The position numbers were made by a program, and so were the translations under genes. A DNA stretch of 64,000 bases from Eledone cirrhosa (taxonomy: Eukaryota): the NCBI GenBank assembly GCA_964016885.1, contig OZ024740.1, positions 89,218,001 to 89,282,000 on the forward strand. The letters run 5' to 3'. Shown here piece after piece: positions 40,960-54,781 of this stretch. A model generated the notes under the pieces. The model was given only the letters and a program-made list of their open reading frames with translations. It did no database searches and was not told the DNA's origin. Within the stretch, counting starts at the first letter, position 1. Every line of letters begins with the position of its first letter.

Positions 40960-42195
40960 TGGGGTAGTTGTCATCAAAAGAGAATTCTTCGCATTGAAAA
41001 GGGTGATTAGAATAGCGTACATTAGATTTAGTAAGGCTTTATCAACATAGAACAAATAGCGTAGAATGGGTACTGCTTAGAAAATTAAACGAGGTACTTT
41101 TTAAAGGCATTGCGATCAACGTGCTTGCGGTGAGACTGGCCCTCGACCAATTCCTCAACGCAAAACACGATGGCTGCGAGGTAAGAGATACGGCGCGTAC
41201 TCTCATACACGAGGGGAACAAAGCCGTTAGATGGGACCAAGTGGAGGAGGCGCGACGTGACAACAAAGCCATGTTCCGGTCTTTGGAGGAACACGACGGG
41301 TAGATGTAACTCGATCCTGGGCAAATATGTGCGGCTTTTCAGCGGCACTTCGCTCAGATGTTCTGACGTAGCCGCGGGCCGGATCGCGTGTTGGACATTA
41401 GTGCCTACCTCGACGGTCTGTTGCAGCTTTTTAACACTGAGACGGAAGATGTGAAAAGCCAATAACTGCCGCTGAAATATTAGAGGCAATTATTAGCTGC
41501 ATGATGGGTAGGTTGTCTGGTTTGGATGGTTTGACCTACGATGGTTTGACCTACGAGCTTTACCTGGATATGCCAGACTTGTTCAGCGACATCTTGCCGG
41601 TCATCTGCTGCTACTGGCAGCAGAACGGCAGAATCCCCAGCTCTGTGATCCGAGGACTGTTGGTGCTGCTGAGAAAGGACCTCAACAAGGGGGATAACAG
41701 AGATATGTTCAAGCCCCCAAAACGGTAGAACGCAGAGTTAGACATTCTGCCCAAGGTTTTAGCAATGAGGTTGGCGCTCATCGTCGGGAATCTGGTGGGA
41801 GAGGTGCTTGCTTGCTCCATTAAAGACAGAACCATCCATGACAACCTCCACATCATGCGATTCATCATATAGAATGTAGGAAAGGAAACTGGCTTGGATA
41901 GGCCCATGATCAATTTATATCAGTCGAATGTTTTCGATAGCGTCGACCATTGGTTTTCTAGCGGTGTTCCTGATTGCGGGTGGTATTGCGACCGTTTTCA
42001 GAGACTGGTTCGCTGCTATGCACAGGGACAACTTGGATATTTACCTTTCGAAATCGTTCAACATCATGCTCCCTGTCATCCAAGGATGTCCCCTCTCATC
42101 ATTGTTGTATGTTTTGACACTCGAGCAATTGTAGTTCAAACTGGAAATGTTGCCGGGCGTTCCGCACGAAATGGAATGCAGGAGAACCGTGCCAC
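40960..42195 (+). mobile_element. Decayed Tx1/L1-clade ORF2 fragment
   Basis: Colinear with ~60630-61865 (LALDQFLNAKHDGC, GLDGLTYELY, QGCPLSSLLYVLTLE); many stops. Confidence 0.92.
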
Positions 42196-42875
42196 TTTAT
42201 GGCAACGTTGTTCATCCAGTAAAAATACATCCATGCCTTATAACAATGGTGGGAGTATTACTGGAGCGGTGGTGTTTCCTCGTAGCATTTCCTTGATGGC
42301 TACTTGGTCGATCCGTATATGGTAACGTGTGGTTGAATGGGACACAAAATAATGAACTGTGTACACTATATTTAGTAAAACACACATTGTAGTAGAAAAA
42401 AGTAAACGGTTATGTTTTAACCTCGTGCGACGAAATAAAATAGAGCTTGTACTGCTGTTGTAATAAAACACAACAAAGAAACCTGCCGTAGTCTAAGAAA
42501 TAGGTAGATATGGCTGAATGCCTAGACCAAACATTAGGTTTCCAAAGGACCGGATGTTATTATTAAAATCTTATTAAAGGAGAAAAATAATAAACAACGG
42601 CTTACAATACCTTAGTGGAGCACATATTTCAGTAGGGACACGAATATAAAAAAAAAAGGAATATAAAGGGAAGATGTTAAATAAGGTTATGTGTTTACGT
42701 CGTGCGATGAGAGTGAGAATAGAGTGGATTCTACTGTTCATAATAAACAACAACAATGAAACGTTCCGCAGAAAAAGAGATAAGAGAAGTGGCTGAATGC
42801 CTTGAGCAAAGACTGGACTTCTAACGTAATATGGTAATATTAAGATCTTAGAAAAATAGAATATCATATTATTGT

Positions 42876-43065
42876 GGATTGGCAGTATCGATAGAGGGTC
42901 GGACGCCAAGCTTAGCAGCATAGAGCTACGGCCCTTCACGGTCTGAGTTCAAATCCCGCCGAGGTTAACTTTGCCTTTCATCCTTACGGGGTTGATAAAA
43001 CAAAGCACCAGTAATAAACTGGCATAATTGCTGGCCTTGTGCCAAAGGTAGAAACAATTATTTTT
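42876..43065 (+). mobile_element. tRNA-derived SINE with Nin/Deu-like domain
   Basis: A-box-like TGGCAGTATCG, B-box GAGTTCAAATCC, GCCTTTCATCCTTACGGGGTTGATAAA, AT-rich tail. Confidence 0.75.
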
Positions 43066-43083
43066 ATTGTTAATTTTCTCGGG

Positions 43084-44299
43084 GTCTCAGTCATTGATGT
43101 TATTTAACTGGAAAGTTTGTTCAAATGAACATAAAGCCGCTACCTGAGCCTCAGATATTCTGGACATATCGGAGGGTTCTTGCTGTTCCCAGCTAGCATG
43201 CCCTTTGAAGTGTTCCCCCAAAAAGGTGTGTGTGTGTGTGGGGGGGGACTAATGTTCTTTAACCCTACTTGAAAACTCTTTGAGATAATACCCAGTGCTC
43301 CGATGATAATCGGGTTATCCTTGATCTCATGACAATCCCAAAGGATTTGGGATTGTCCTGAGATCAAGGTATAATTCACAATTTAAATCCTAGTACCGGT
43401 TAATTTTTTTCTCCTGTTATTGCACACTTGTGTCAAAGGAGGAGGCTACATCTACCAACAGGCACGATCGTTTTCCTTGTCAAACCCACCATGCCATGCC
43501 TAATGTGTTCTAATTTCTCGTCTGTATGTATCATGAAATCCCATATCGTCTTCACTCGAACGTTTTATATCACCGTCTCTGGCTTATCTCATACCACTTT
43601 TCAGATCGTGGTAAATTATTTAGTTTGCATAAATGCCAAGGAATCACCTTTCCTATTATATAGTGCCTCCGATCTTTATAGTGAGTCTGCGGTAGATGTT
43701 TACCCGGGGATAAGATGTGAGCCACAGTTGCCTCTCTCCCTCTATAGATGCTACAGAGTGGGCTACCCTCCTCATTGTGAATATGGTGTTTCAACCACTT
43801 CGTTCTGAGGCCTTGCTTCTTTGCAGCCAGTAGCTTTGCCTCTGTAGCTTTTGTTAGGGCTCCTTGTTTTAACCAGCTCCATGTCTGTGGATTTCTGAAA
43901 TCCGTTTTCTTATAAAAGGTGCTATAAAGGTTTTTTTTCGTGAAGGTTTCTCTTCTTCTTTGTTGTTACTTCCTTCTTGGATATCCCCTGGTCTATTGTC
44001 TGCTCCTTCAATACAACTTTGACCATCGCCTCCTTATTCTCAGACACATATTTGTGTATACCGCTCCTCTCCATCTGAACACAATCCTCTACGCTGATAA
44101 CACCTCCTTCCCATTCAGATCTTTTTAAGTAGAGTCTATCAACATCATTCCTCTTGTGAAACATGTTGTCGGTAGTCATTAGCTTCCTAGTCTTTCTAGC
44201 TGTTTTTTTTATTCAGTAACATTCCATTTGAGAATTCTCGCAGTGTACCTAATAATAGACACAGCTCGGGAGTTTACTTCACTTATGACATTTCTAACA
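43084..44299 (-). mobile_element. Decayed Dong/R4-clade non-LTR element, 3' part
   Basis: Colinear with ~52884-54070 (DVDRLYLKRSE.GG, PIIIGALG). Its 3' end abuts the ATT-like tail of the SINE. Confidence 0.88.
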
Positions 44300-47027
44300 G
44301 TCTTTTATATACTGCTTCTCTCCATTGAAGAAGTGAAGCCCTTTTGTACACTTAGATAAGGTATGTGTGCATTTGATTTACTAATGACAACTCTCATGAT
44401 ACAAATCTTGTGTCAGACAGGATTCATATCATTTGTTTCCTTTGTTCCTAAGATACTACTAACTGTAATACTAACAGATTGTCGAACTTTAAATATAGAT
44501 AGAACGTCAGGTTTCATATTTAGAAATTAGAAGTAAATTTCAGAAATAAGCATACTTGCGTAAACGCATAAGAGAGGATTGTAAATGAATTAAGCAATAT
44601 ATTTACGGACAGAAAATGTATAATATTTAAATTTCTCTCATCCGATTTCAAGATTGTTTGGTAAAATTTAATCTCCTCAGGAAACACCGGATTAAAGTTC
44701 GTCACTCGACTATCCATCTAGTAATACTGAAAGCCTTTTTTTAAAAATAAATACTACATGTAGTCAACCGCTCTCGGGGCCTGGTTGGATTGAGTTAGTT
44801 ATCGAAACACCAACGTCTCTATTATGATTGATAAATATGTTGATATTATTATCCGTACATTTATGTGTATATTCCATGTATAATGAATTATCATGTATAT
44901 AGAAATACTTATAAACTTTGTTGAGTAGAATGATAAAGCACACAATAGAAAAAAAATTAATGAGAACGAATTTAGATAATTATAAAAGATAGGATTAGAT
45001 TTAATATCGAACGAGTAGGAAGACAATACAAAATAGATAAGCTCCTGTTATTACTGAAGAAGATGACATTGTTAAAATAACAGACAAAATCGACCAGCAC
45101 ATTTTATTGTTTGAATTTAGCAAGAAACAATATTGGGAGGAAAAAATGTGATAATACCACGAGAGAGACATTGAGACAGGAAAGTAATACAGCTTGGAGA
45201 TCTAGTGATAATGTGAGATAGAGAGAATGAGACAATAGTGACCATGAAAGAGAATATTATATTAAAGAAGTTAAATACGGTGATACAGATTAGAAGCTAG
45301 GAAAACAAAACTAGATTAATATATAATAAACAATAATAGACGGAAGAGTGTAGTCAGTATTAACATAGAGGAAATGAGAGTAAGAATGAACATGTGTGAG
45401 GGATATAGGGGAAAATAGCGAGGAGATATAGCCAGAGTGAGAGAGGATGTGGGAGGGTGTGGGAGGATGAAATTGAGGTTGAAATAACCTCAAATATTTT
45501 TATGCCAAGAATAACTGTGGAGAATTATGAAAGCAGAGTAAAATAATGTCTTCATTGATAACATTCCAATCTGTAATTAAATGACAACAACATCCTTCTC
45601 GCTGTTACTGGGAAGTAGTGATATTGAAATTTATTTGCATTTTCAGATCGATAACTTAATTTATTACACTTGTACAAAAATAATTATAGTCTATTATTTT
45701 TCAGCTCATTTACTGGTTGTTATTACAGAGAAGATATATGGCTAAGATATCAGCATCCTGATAGAAATTTATTGGGATCGTACCCCGTATATTGAGATAT
45801 GAAATATACATCTCACGAGAACATTCCGGGTCATTTATCTGGAATCAATCGTAATTGTAAAGGAAAGAAAATTATATTTTCAAACACATATGTTTTGAGT
45901 AAGCGAAAGATCTATAAAGAGATAGCTTATGAATGGAAATTGTATTTTGGAAACTGATTCATTTTTGGTGAGGTGTATACATAGACTTGCATGATTACAT
46001 TTGATGGGAGAAATTCAAAATGCATGCCGGATGTATAGAAACTATTATATATATATATACATTGTTAGATTTATAGTTTTAGATTACGTATATATAAAGA
46101 ATGTATAAGTGGTGGATTACTGATAATACATGCTCTAAATAATAACTACTTCTTGAATTGGAGTTAAATATCTAATGATAGGCTAACGGGGTGTGAGTAA
46201 ATCAATGTTCCGAAATTGGTCAGGTGTGGAAAATGAAAACATATGAACTAATCAATAAATATGTTTACAGGTTCCGTGCAGCTTATTGAGGGTGCAATAA
46301 TTCATGTGACATTAAACGTACCTGATTCTATACATACAGGCGAGAAAAGTTTGTATTCAAATTCTGGGCAACTAATGCATTGTATACTAGAAATTCAAGA
46401 CGAGTTTAACTTTCCTTATTATGTGGATTTGTATTTTAGTTATAGATAACAATATGTTTCAAATAAGATGATTATAGAATAAAGAGGCTTGGTGCAATAC
46501 TTTTTCTTTAGTCTCCCGAAGTGTTTTTTTCTTTCACCTTGCTGAATGGTCATCAATAGTGAAGAAGCAAGGATTTGTTGCCAGATATTTGTCTGCCATG
46601 AAATGTATCAGTATCGAAAAGAAACGATTGTTCATTGCATTTATATTATTACGTTATTAGTTGAAATGATGTAAAGAATCCGTAAAATATGTTATCCATA
46701 ATGTGTATTCAGATGACTATATAAAAAAATGACGAACACATTACATGTTCTATTTTGAATCGGCATAAGCTGGTAACATTTGTGAAACGTAATTTCTCAA
46801 ATAATTTACCAATTTATAAATGAAATCATTCAGTACTTTCCTTAAAGAGAAAATGTTGCTTTTATCAAGTTGCTCAGACACTAGAAGACATTGCCATTAT
46901 ATTTGTCTTATCAAAAATAAAACACTTGATATGTCACAATGGGTTGATCTTTAGTTTGATATGGTATATTCCCTTAATTCTCAATGGAGTCGTAGAAACA
47001 CCTTATTAACACATGGCATAAATGAAT

Positions 47028-47126
47028 AGCAAAATTAACCTCGGCGAGATTTGAACTCGCAGAGAAGAAACGGCTATCACAAATAACGATAACCGGCGGG
47101 CTAATTACTCTCCCACTTCGCCGCCT
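47028..47126 (-). mobile_element. SINE head fragment
   Basis: Minus strand AGGCGGCGAAGTGG...GAGTTCAAATCTCGCCGAGGTTAA. Confidence 0.6.
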
Positions 47127-47699
47127 ATGTACATCGAGTAAATATACAATATGCTTTATCTTTCCTTTTCGTTGATAACAAGTCTTTTGTGATTAGAATC
47201 ACTTACAATATATTTTTCGTGTAATGTATATAAGCTATTCCTCGTATATTTTATTAAATAAATAAAAATAAAAACTAAAACGAAACAATGATACAGGCAC
47301 ATCCAGGTTTAATTCTGAGATGTAGATGCAAACGTTATTTGTCTTTTATATTTTGATCATTGAATTAGAGTATTTTACGCGTTAAATATCAAGATTTCTT
47401 AGAACAAAAATTAAGAGGCAAACTATATAGGAATAACAAAGCTATAAACCTATGCATACACTATATGGAAATTTCGATAATTATAAATATGAAAATAAGC
47501 GTGTTTTCCGATACTTATTGAACACCTTAATAAGCTTTGTAAAGATTTAGTGTGTATTTAATTGCGAATAACCTATGTTCAACATACAAATTATAGCTGG
47601 TCCATTTATAATTTATAATTGGAAACGTGGTAAACACATAACATAGGCGTGTATGCAAACACATAGACACAATATGTACATACATATACACACACGCAC

Positions 47700-47759
<60 letters not shown>

Positions 47760-50047
47760 GCACACACACACACACACACATCACATACACACACACACAT
47801 ACATATATGTATGTATGTATATGTATTTATATACAATTAAATTTTCTTGGATTAGCGCTTGTGTTCGGCTAACTTTCAAATGTGTGAGGTCAGTTCCTAT
47901 GGACGATTGTCCTTCAGGAAGTTACTTTATTTCAATTTCCCCATGCTCACTCACTTGGAAAAATCAGTTTTGGCTGAATTGAAGTGGTTCGTTATGACAT
48001 AAATATTCAGACTTAATCTTTCTGAGAACTATGATAGGTTTGCACGTATCTACAAACAATGCACAGTCACTTGCAGTTTAATCCCATGACAAGCTATAAT
48101 ATTGATCGTATCATTATTATATGGAATACAACACGATTGCTGCTCAACTTAATGCTTGCATCAGGCGAATCGTGACAATTGCATAATACATTTTTCCTGT
48201 ACGTTATCACAGGGGCAATAATTGATTTGGGAGTAGACTTAGGGTTCATTTTCAAAGGGATTTTAACACTATTCACGAAGATATCTATGGCATTGACGGC
48301 GATTTCAATTACACTAGAAATAAATTCTATAGCAGGAAGATATTACTTCGCATCAAAAATATATCAACAAAGTTGCTGTAGATCAATATCAATATAGTGA
48401 AAGCACAGGTCTGGGTGCATGCACATAACTGAGCAATGATCTTGTCTTTTGCATATACTACCTAAATTATAGCCCACATTTGCCTCATGGAAGTGATTGA
48501 TACGATGTTGGTCACTTCTTGAAATGCATAGCACTAATGTGGACGGAATTGTTTACAATAGTCTGGGAAGGTTATTCTTTTGAAGAAATGAAATCGGAGA
48601 GAATGTATAATGTACTTAAATGGTGGCACTCTGTCGCTGTGTGGTATGACTCAATAGATACGTTTTCTATATTTTTGAGTAGCTATTACGTTTACATTGA
48701 AACAAAAGAGAACGAGTTGTTTTCATTAAGGTCATGGGTAGTGCGCCTAATAATTTATAACCTTAGAGAAACGAGTGGAAACAGCAATGTTTGGCAAACT
48801 AATTAAATCGATAGGTATGATGCAGACGGGGGTGTTTGTGAAGCCAAAAATATCGGGTTTCTTGATGGGGCTGGAAACATAAATGATGGGGCTGCAGTGG
48901 ATTTGTGGAGTGCATGCTTGTTCAATTTAGTGTCAAAGAGAGTAACTGGGGTAGACGTGAAATGTTCGTTCAATGTTTCAAAGTCCTGAAATATGTCATC
49001 GTTTCTAAATTCGTTCCTCTGACACAATGCTACCCACAGCCTAATGCAACATCATTTACTTCTCTGAAATCTACAAACAAATCTATTTCAGATCGACACT
49101 ATCTGTTCCATAAATGCCATCAGAATGTAACTAGGTACATTTCCTTTCAGTCCCTTTTCCACTATAATGTCACAAAACACAGCAATATTATCAGGTCGTT
49201 GTGTTTCACCATGAACCTCCAACCATCCACTCCTTTGTGTATTTATTGATTTTTCTCGGTCATCCTCTGGCTAACATCTGAGAAACCTTCAAATTTAACT
49301 AGACCACTAGTACCTACATATCGTACAGAACACTACGTCCCGCATTTTCATAAGGTAATTCATTGTTCGTATCACCTTTATGCATGAATGTTTTTACAAT
49401 TTCAGCATGACATTTTGAGTACTATGATATATGTTAGTTTGTAAACTTTCTTTTATAAAGTACACTGGAGTCACAGTTACATGATTGGTTAATTTAATGG
49501 CGTACTCTTTCCAAACTACAAAACAAGTATATTAACAATTTCTGCACTTATCTTGAATTTACCTTTTCTATGTCAGTTCATCTAGATCTAGGTTGGATAA
49601 ATATAGATAGATAGATAAATTCGTAATATTTAAAAACACTTTTCCTAAGTTCAAATTCGTGCCGTGTCCGAAAACGCTTTTTATACTTTCACCCTCAACA
49701 AATTAGTACCATTTCAATTTACTTGTCGAAACACGAACATAACATTCTTTTAAAATTGATTATTAGAATCCTGATTTTCTTACTCTCATATGAATCTGAA
49801 AGAGCAAACAAACAACATTAGTCATGAATCAACAGTTGATAACAGAACAGTCGTAAATATGTTTAGTTTTTTTTAATATTTTTTTGTGAAGTAGAAATAA
49901 TCTCATTAAAATATCAAATCTAAATGCGTTTCTTTTCACAATATATCGCCATCGTCAAATAAGCCACGCACTTCATGATCTAATTTATGAAATCATGGTG
50001 TCTGACGTTATACCGATACTGCTAATACAACGCCCTACTAATATATA

Positions 50048-50236
50048 GTTGTTTCTACTTTTGGCACAAGGTAAAACATTATCACAGTGTATTACTGGTG
50101 TTTTATTTAATCGAAAACGTAAGGGTGAAAGGCAAAGTTAACCTCGGCGAGATTTGAACTCAAAAAGTAAAGGGCCATACATCTATGCTGCAAAGAATGG
50201 TGTCTGACGCTCTACCGATACTACCAATCCTCTGCC
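50048..50236 (-). mobile_element. SINE (same family as 42876-43065)
   Basis: Minus strand GAGTTCAAATCTCGCCGAGGTTAACTTTGCCTTTCACCCTTACG...TTGTGCCAAAAGTAGAAAC. Confidence 0.75.
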
Positions 50237-50904
50237 CAAATATTATGTAATACGCTTGGGTATTTGTCCGTCTCAAACTAGAAATGGGGTGATGACGAAC
50301 TGAGGAAGGGAGGAGTGATAAAGCCGACTGAGGAAGCTGGGGGATAATGTTTGACTGAGGAAGGAAGAGGTGATAACGTCGATTACGAAGGAAGGGTGAC
50401 GTCGTCCAATATTCGTTACACATGTGTGTGTCTATCCTTATAGCAAATTGGCTACACACATTGGCTGTTATGATTATGTGTATGTTTGTGTATGTGTATG
50501 TTTTTGTGTAAATTATAATTATATATAATATGTTTGTGAGTGTATATGTGTTTGTGCGTTTTTATTTAGAAAAATACATAGGCAATATAATTACAAATAC
50601 ACACGATCCTACATATACATATATATAAACAGACTGTTAAAAAAAATAATTATTACATACACACACATCTATGTGATGATTGAGGAAGGACACTATGAGA
50701 AACTATAGGAGTCCATCTTTCTAAGATTCATCACAGTTATGTGCGTAGGTGTGGCTATTTGGCTACACATATTGACTGTGTTTCGCATGTTTGTATTACC
50801 AGGGTGAGTAAGGGCTAAGGAACCAACCAGCCAACAATCAAACATCACTTCTTTTTATATTACGTATACTCATTACAAATATACGCCATTTTTGACGATA
50901 TGAG

Positions 50905-51820
50905 GCCAGCAAATGGTACTTGAAAATAAAAACCAGTTGTTGGCAATTGAGAAAAGTGTCTGACCTAAGCCCTTTCAACCTCGTCCACCATACAACCTCT
51001 TTCGCCATAGCTATCACACAGAGGAAAACCGCCTCTCCTTCGTTTTTGAAGTGGGGAAGCGGTTTGCTCGTGACAATGTCCGCGGTGGTCAACCGGATTG
51101 GTCCCACCCGCGACAGTAGTCGTTCCACATAGCCACACAGGTCAGCAACGCCAGGGCAGTGTACGAATGCCTGTGCGACGGTTTCCTCGTCACGCTCGCA
51201 TCTCGGACAGATCTTCTTCGAGGGGTCCCTACCCGGGCGGCCGTGGGTGTAGAGTTTGTCCCGAAAGGGTAGAGCTCCTCGGTAGCACTGCCAAGCCAGG
51301 GACTTTTGGAAGTTGTCTATCGGTCCAGGGCCAAACGTCTAACCGAACAGACTGGCTAGCTCGTCTTCCTCCATGCCCAGAGCCTCTCCGAGAGCGTCGT
51401 CGCACTTGCTGCCCAGCAACCCTCTATATAATGTTGAAGTTGAGTCCCCACTGATTGCCGGATCCGCTTGCCTGATGACCGTGAGCCCCTGAGCACATAC
51501 AATGTGTCAGTCGCCCACTTTTCACGGTCTTTGCTTGACCCAGGATTGCAGCTCGGTGAGTGAGACGAGTCTCGGAAAAGCTCGCCTCACAAGAGGGGCC
51601 CACACGGGCTGACCGGTTGGGAATACCTGGAGGTGCCGTAGCCTTAATGCGTGCCTACGTATCGTAAGACACGGCATCCCCAGCCCTCAGTTCGAAGGGT
51701 GTTGACAGCAGATGGATCTTCTCCCCAAAGGGGCCCGCAGCTTCCAAAAAGGAATCAGAAGAGCGCGCGCTCCTTTTTGACGAGCGTTTTCGCTAGGCAA
51801 GGCACGACGGTCAAGCGGTA
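50905..51820 (-). mobile_element. Decayed Tx1/L1-clade ORF2 3' fragment, older subfamily
   Basis: EGEAVFLCVIAMAKEVVWWTRLKGL is homologous to the ORF2 C-terminus; colinear with ~62225-63120. Confidence 0.88.
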
Positions 51821-51901
51821 GATAGAGAGAGAAAAGGGAACCCTGTGTGTTTTCGAGGTGAGAGAAACAAGGTGACGTCGCTCTTATCTAATATACGTAT
51901 G

Positions 51902-52023
<122 letters not shown>

Positions 52024-52121
52024 CATATATATACACACATATATATACATATATATGTATATACATATGTATATGTATATATACATACATATGTATATAT
52101 ATGAATATATATATATATACG

Positions 52122-52171
<50 letters not shown>

Positions 52172-52221
52172 TAACAGATTAACGTTTAAGCAAAGAATCG
52201 CTACTTTCACCCTTAACGGGA

Positions 52222-52225
<4 letters not shown>

Positions 52226-52295
<70 letters not shown>

Positions 52296-52331
52296 TTATT
52301 ATTATTATTATTATTCTTCTTCTTCTTCTTC

Positions 52332-52394
<63 letters not shown>
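52226..52394. repeat. Compound (CTT)n/(ATT)n microsatellite
   Basis: Directly visible. Confidence 0.97.
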
Positions 52395-52396
<2 letters not shown>

Positions 52397-52810
52397 CAGC
52401 CGAAATTCATGACGCCCTTGTCGGCTGCATTAGTGCCTATGTTTTTTAGTGTCCCATTCAATAGTGACTCAAGCTTTCCTATGTCATTTCTCATTTCCCC
52501 GATTTGCCCACTCAGTCGCTTCTTCCACCACGGCTCTGCTCTTTCTTGTCTGTTGTTTCCTCTCGCTTTTATACCGAGTAGTTTCCTCACCGTATTTGCT
52601 GTTGCTTTGAGGATATTGTTGCACTGGTGAAGGCTCCTCGCCTCAAGGTATGGGATGACTTTGTTTACCTTAGCTGTTGTTTCTTTTAACTTTTTCCTGT
52701 CTACAAATCTTAGGTTCATAGGTCTCCCACTATCATTGTTCAATTCATCTACCACTAAATTTAGGATGTCAACCGAATCTTGTCCTAGCTCGTCAGCATT
52801 CATCTCCTAT
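52395..52810 (-). mobile_element. Probable Dong/R4 N-terminal ORF fragment between (AAT)n tracts
   Basis: LRFVDRKKLKETTAKVNKVI...EPWWKKRLSGQIGEMRNDIGKLE resembles the region upstream of RT in R4/Dong ORFs. Confidence 0.7.
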
Positions 52811-52813
52811 TTA

Positions 52814-52875
<62 letters not shown>

Positions 52876-52876
<1 letters not shown>

Positions 52877-54103
52877 TCTTTTAGTCTCAGTCATTGATGT
52901 TAGTTAACTGGAAAGTGTGTTGAGATGAATATCAAGCCACTACCTGCAGCCTCAGATATTGAGGACGTATCGGAGAGTTCTTGCTGTTCCCAGCAAGCAT
53001 GCCTTTTGAAGCGTTCCATAAAGCGTGAAGGGGCCAATTTTCTTTAACCATCTCTGGAAACTTTTTGAGATAGTCCCTAGGGCGTCTATGACAATCGGGA
53101 TCACTTTGACTTCATTGCAGTTCCAAATCCTTTTTACCTCCCACTTTAAGTACTGGTATCGGTTAATTTTCTCCCTCTCCTTCACTTGCACTCTCGTGTC
53201 AAATGGGCAGGCGACATCCACAATCAGGCACGATCTTTTTTCTTTGTCCAAAACCACCAGGTCAGGTCTATTGTGTTCCAGTTTCTTGTCCGTCTGTATC
53301 CTAAAATCCCACAGCACCTTCACCTGATCGTTTTCTATCATCGCCTCTGGCTTATGCTCATACCACTTCTCAGATTGTGGTAAATTTTTTACTTTGCACA
53401 GGTGCCAGTGGATCACCCTGCCCATCACATCATGTCTCCAGCCCTTATAGTGAGTCTGGGCTAGGTGTTTACACTCGGATACAATGTGATCCACAGTCTC
53501 CTCTCTCTCTTCACAGATCCTGCACAGTGGGCTAGCCTCCTCCTTGTAAATGTGGTGTTTCAACCACTTCGTTTTGAGGGCCTGCTCCTGCGCAGCCATT
53601 AACATTCCTTCTGTATCCTTTTTAAGGTCTCCTCTTTTCAACCAGTTCCATGTTTGTGGATCTCTAAATTCAGTTTTCTCAAAGAAGGTACTATGAAGGG
53701 ATTTTTCCTGAAGGCTGCTCTTTCTCCTTGATGTTATTTACTCCTTGGACATCCCCTGGCTTATTGTCCCCTCTTTCAGTGCAGCTCTGAGCATTGGCTC
53801 CTTGCTATCAGTCACGTATTTGTGTAGGTTGTTTTTCTCCATCTGAACACAGTCATCTATGCTGATAAGACCTCTTCCACCCTCAGATCTCCTTAAGTAG
53901 AGTCTATCGACATCACTCCTCTTGTGGAACATATTGTAGATAGTCAATAGCTCCCTAGCCTTCCTATCCATTTCTTTTTGTTCAGCGACATTCCATCTCA
54001 GAATTTCCGCACTATACCTAATAATAGACACAGCTCGGGAATTTACTGCACTTATGGCATTCCTACTGTTCAGATGTGACTTTAATACGCTCCTTACTCT
54101 TAC
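52876..54103 (-). mobile_element. 5'-truncated Dong/R4-clade non-LTR retrotransposon (copy A)
   Basis: Post-RT domain plus CCHC (CRIC..HIVSEC), RHD and PD..D..K restriction-like endonuclease. Single nonsense codon at 53738. (AAT)n on both sides (52815-52875, 54104-54184). Confidence 0.92.
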
Positions 54104-54184
<81 letters not shown>

Positions 54185-54185
<1 letters not shown>

Positions 54186-54240
54186 GTCTCAGTCATTGAT
54201 GTTATTTAACTATAAAGTTTGTTGAAATGAATATCAAGCC
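54185..54240 (-). mobile_element. Dong/R4 3' terminal fragment (copy B, left part)
   Basis: Matches 52883-52938. Confidence 0.85.
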
Positions 54241-54738
54241 GGGAAGGGCAGGCAGTTTTTATCTGTCTGGTGGCCATGGCGAAAGAGATAGTATGCTGGA
54301 CACGTTTGAAAGGGCTGAAGACGAGCACTGACCTTTTCGGTGATGCCTTGATTAACTTTTTCAAATTTCATTTGTCAAGGAAAATCAGAGTAGAGAGGGA
54401 AGTGCTCTTTTCCCAGCATTTTGTTGAAAGATGGGTGAGAGAAGCAAGTATGGCCCGAGTGAATGGGTCTACTCTGAGTATTTGTCTGTAAATTAAAGGT
54501 GGAAAACTGGGAGAGGGCACTGGCCCTGGTGCTCAGGGTCACTGTGGCCTTTTAATGGGCTTTCGCCACAAATGTTCCTCGGAAGTCTCCCCCCTATTGA
54601 GGAATTTTTCGTTGTTATTTTTTATTACATCCTCTGTTTTTTTTTACACGCAGAAATACCCATTTGTACCGTCCTGTATTGTCCTGTACTGTCCTTAATG
54701 TCTACTTTATGTAAACCCCATGTGGTTAATAAAGAAAA

Positions 54739-54739
<1 letters not shown>
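54237..54739 (+). mobile_element. Tx1 3' fragment (ORF2 end plus 3'UTR)
   Basis: Colinear with 62982-63500; ends AATAAAGAAAAC then (ATT)n 54740-54781. Confidence 0.95.

Positions 54740-54781
<42 letters not shown>

Noticed and set aside
52876-54103. Initial reading as an RTE element with an (AAT)n tail
   Set aside because: C-terminal CCHC, RHD and PD..D..K motifs indicate an RLE-type R4/Dong element, and (AAT)n is also present at the 5' end.
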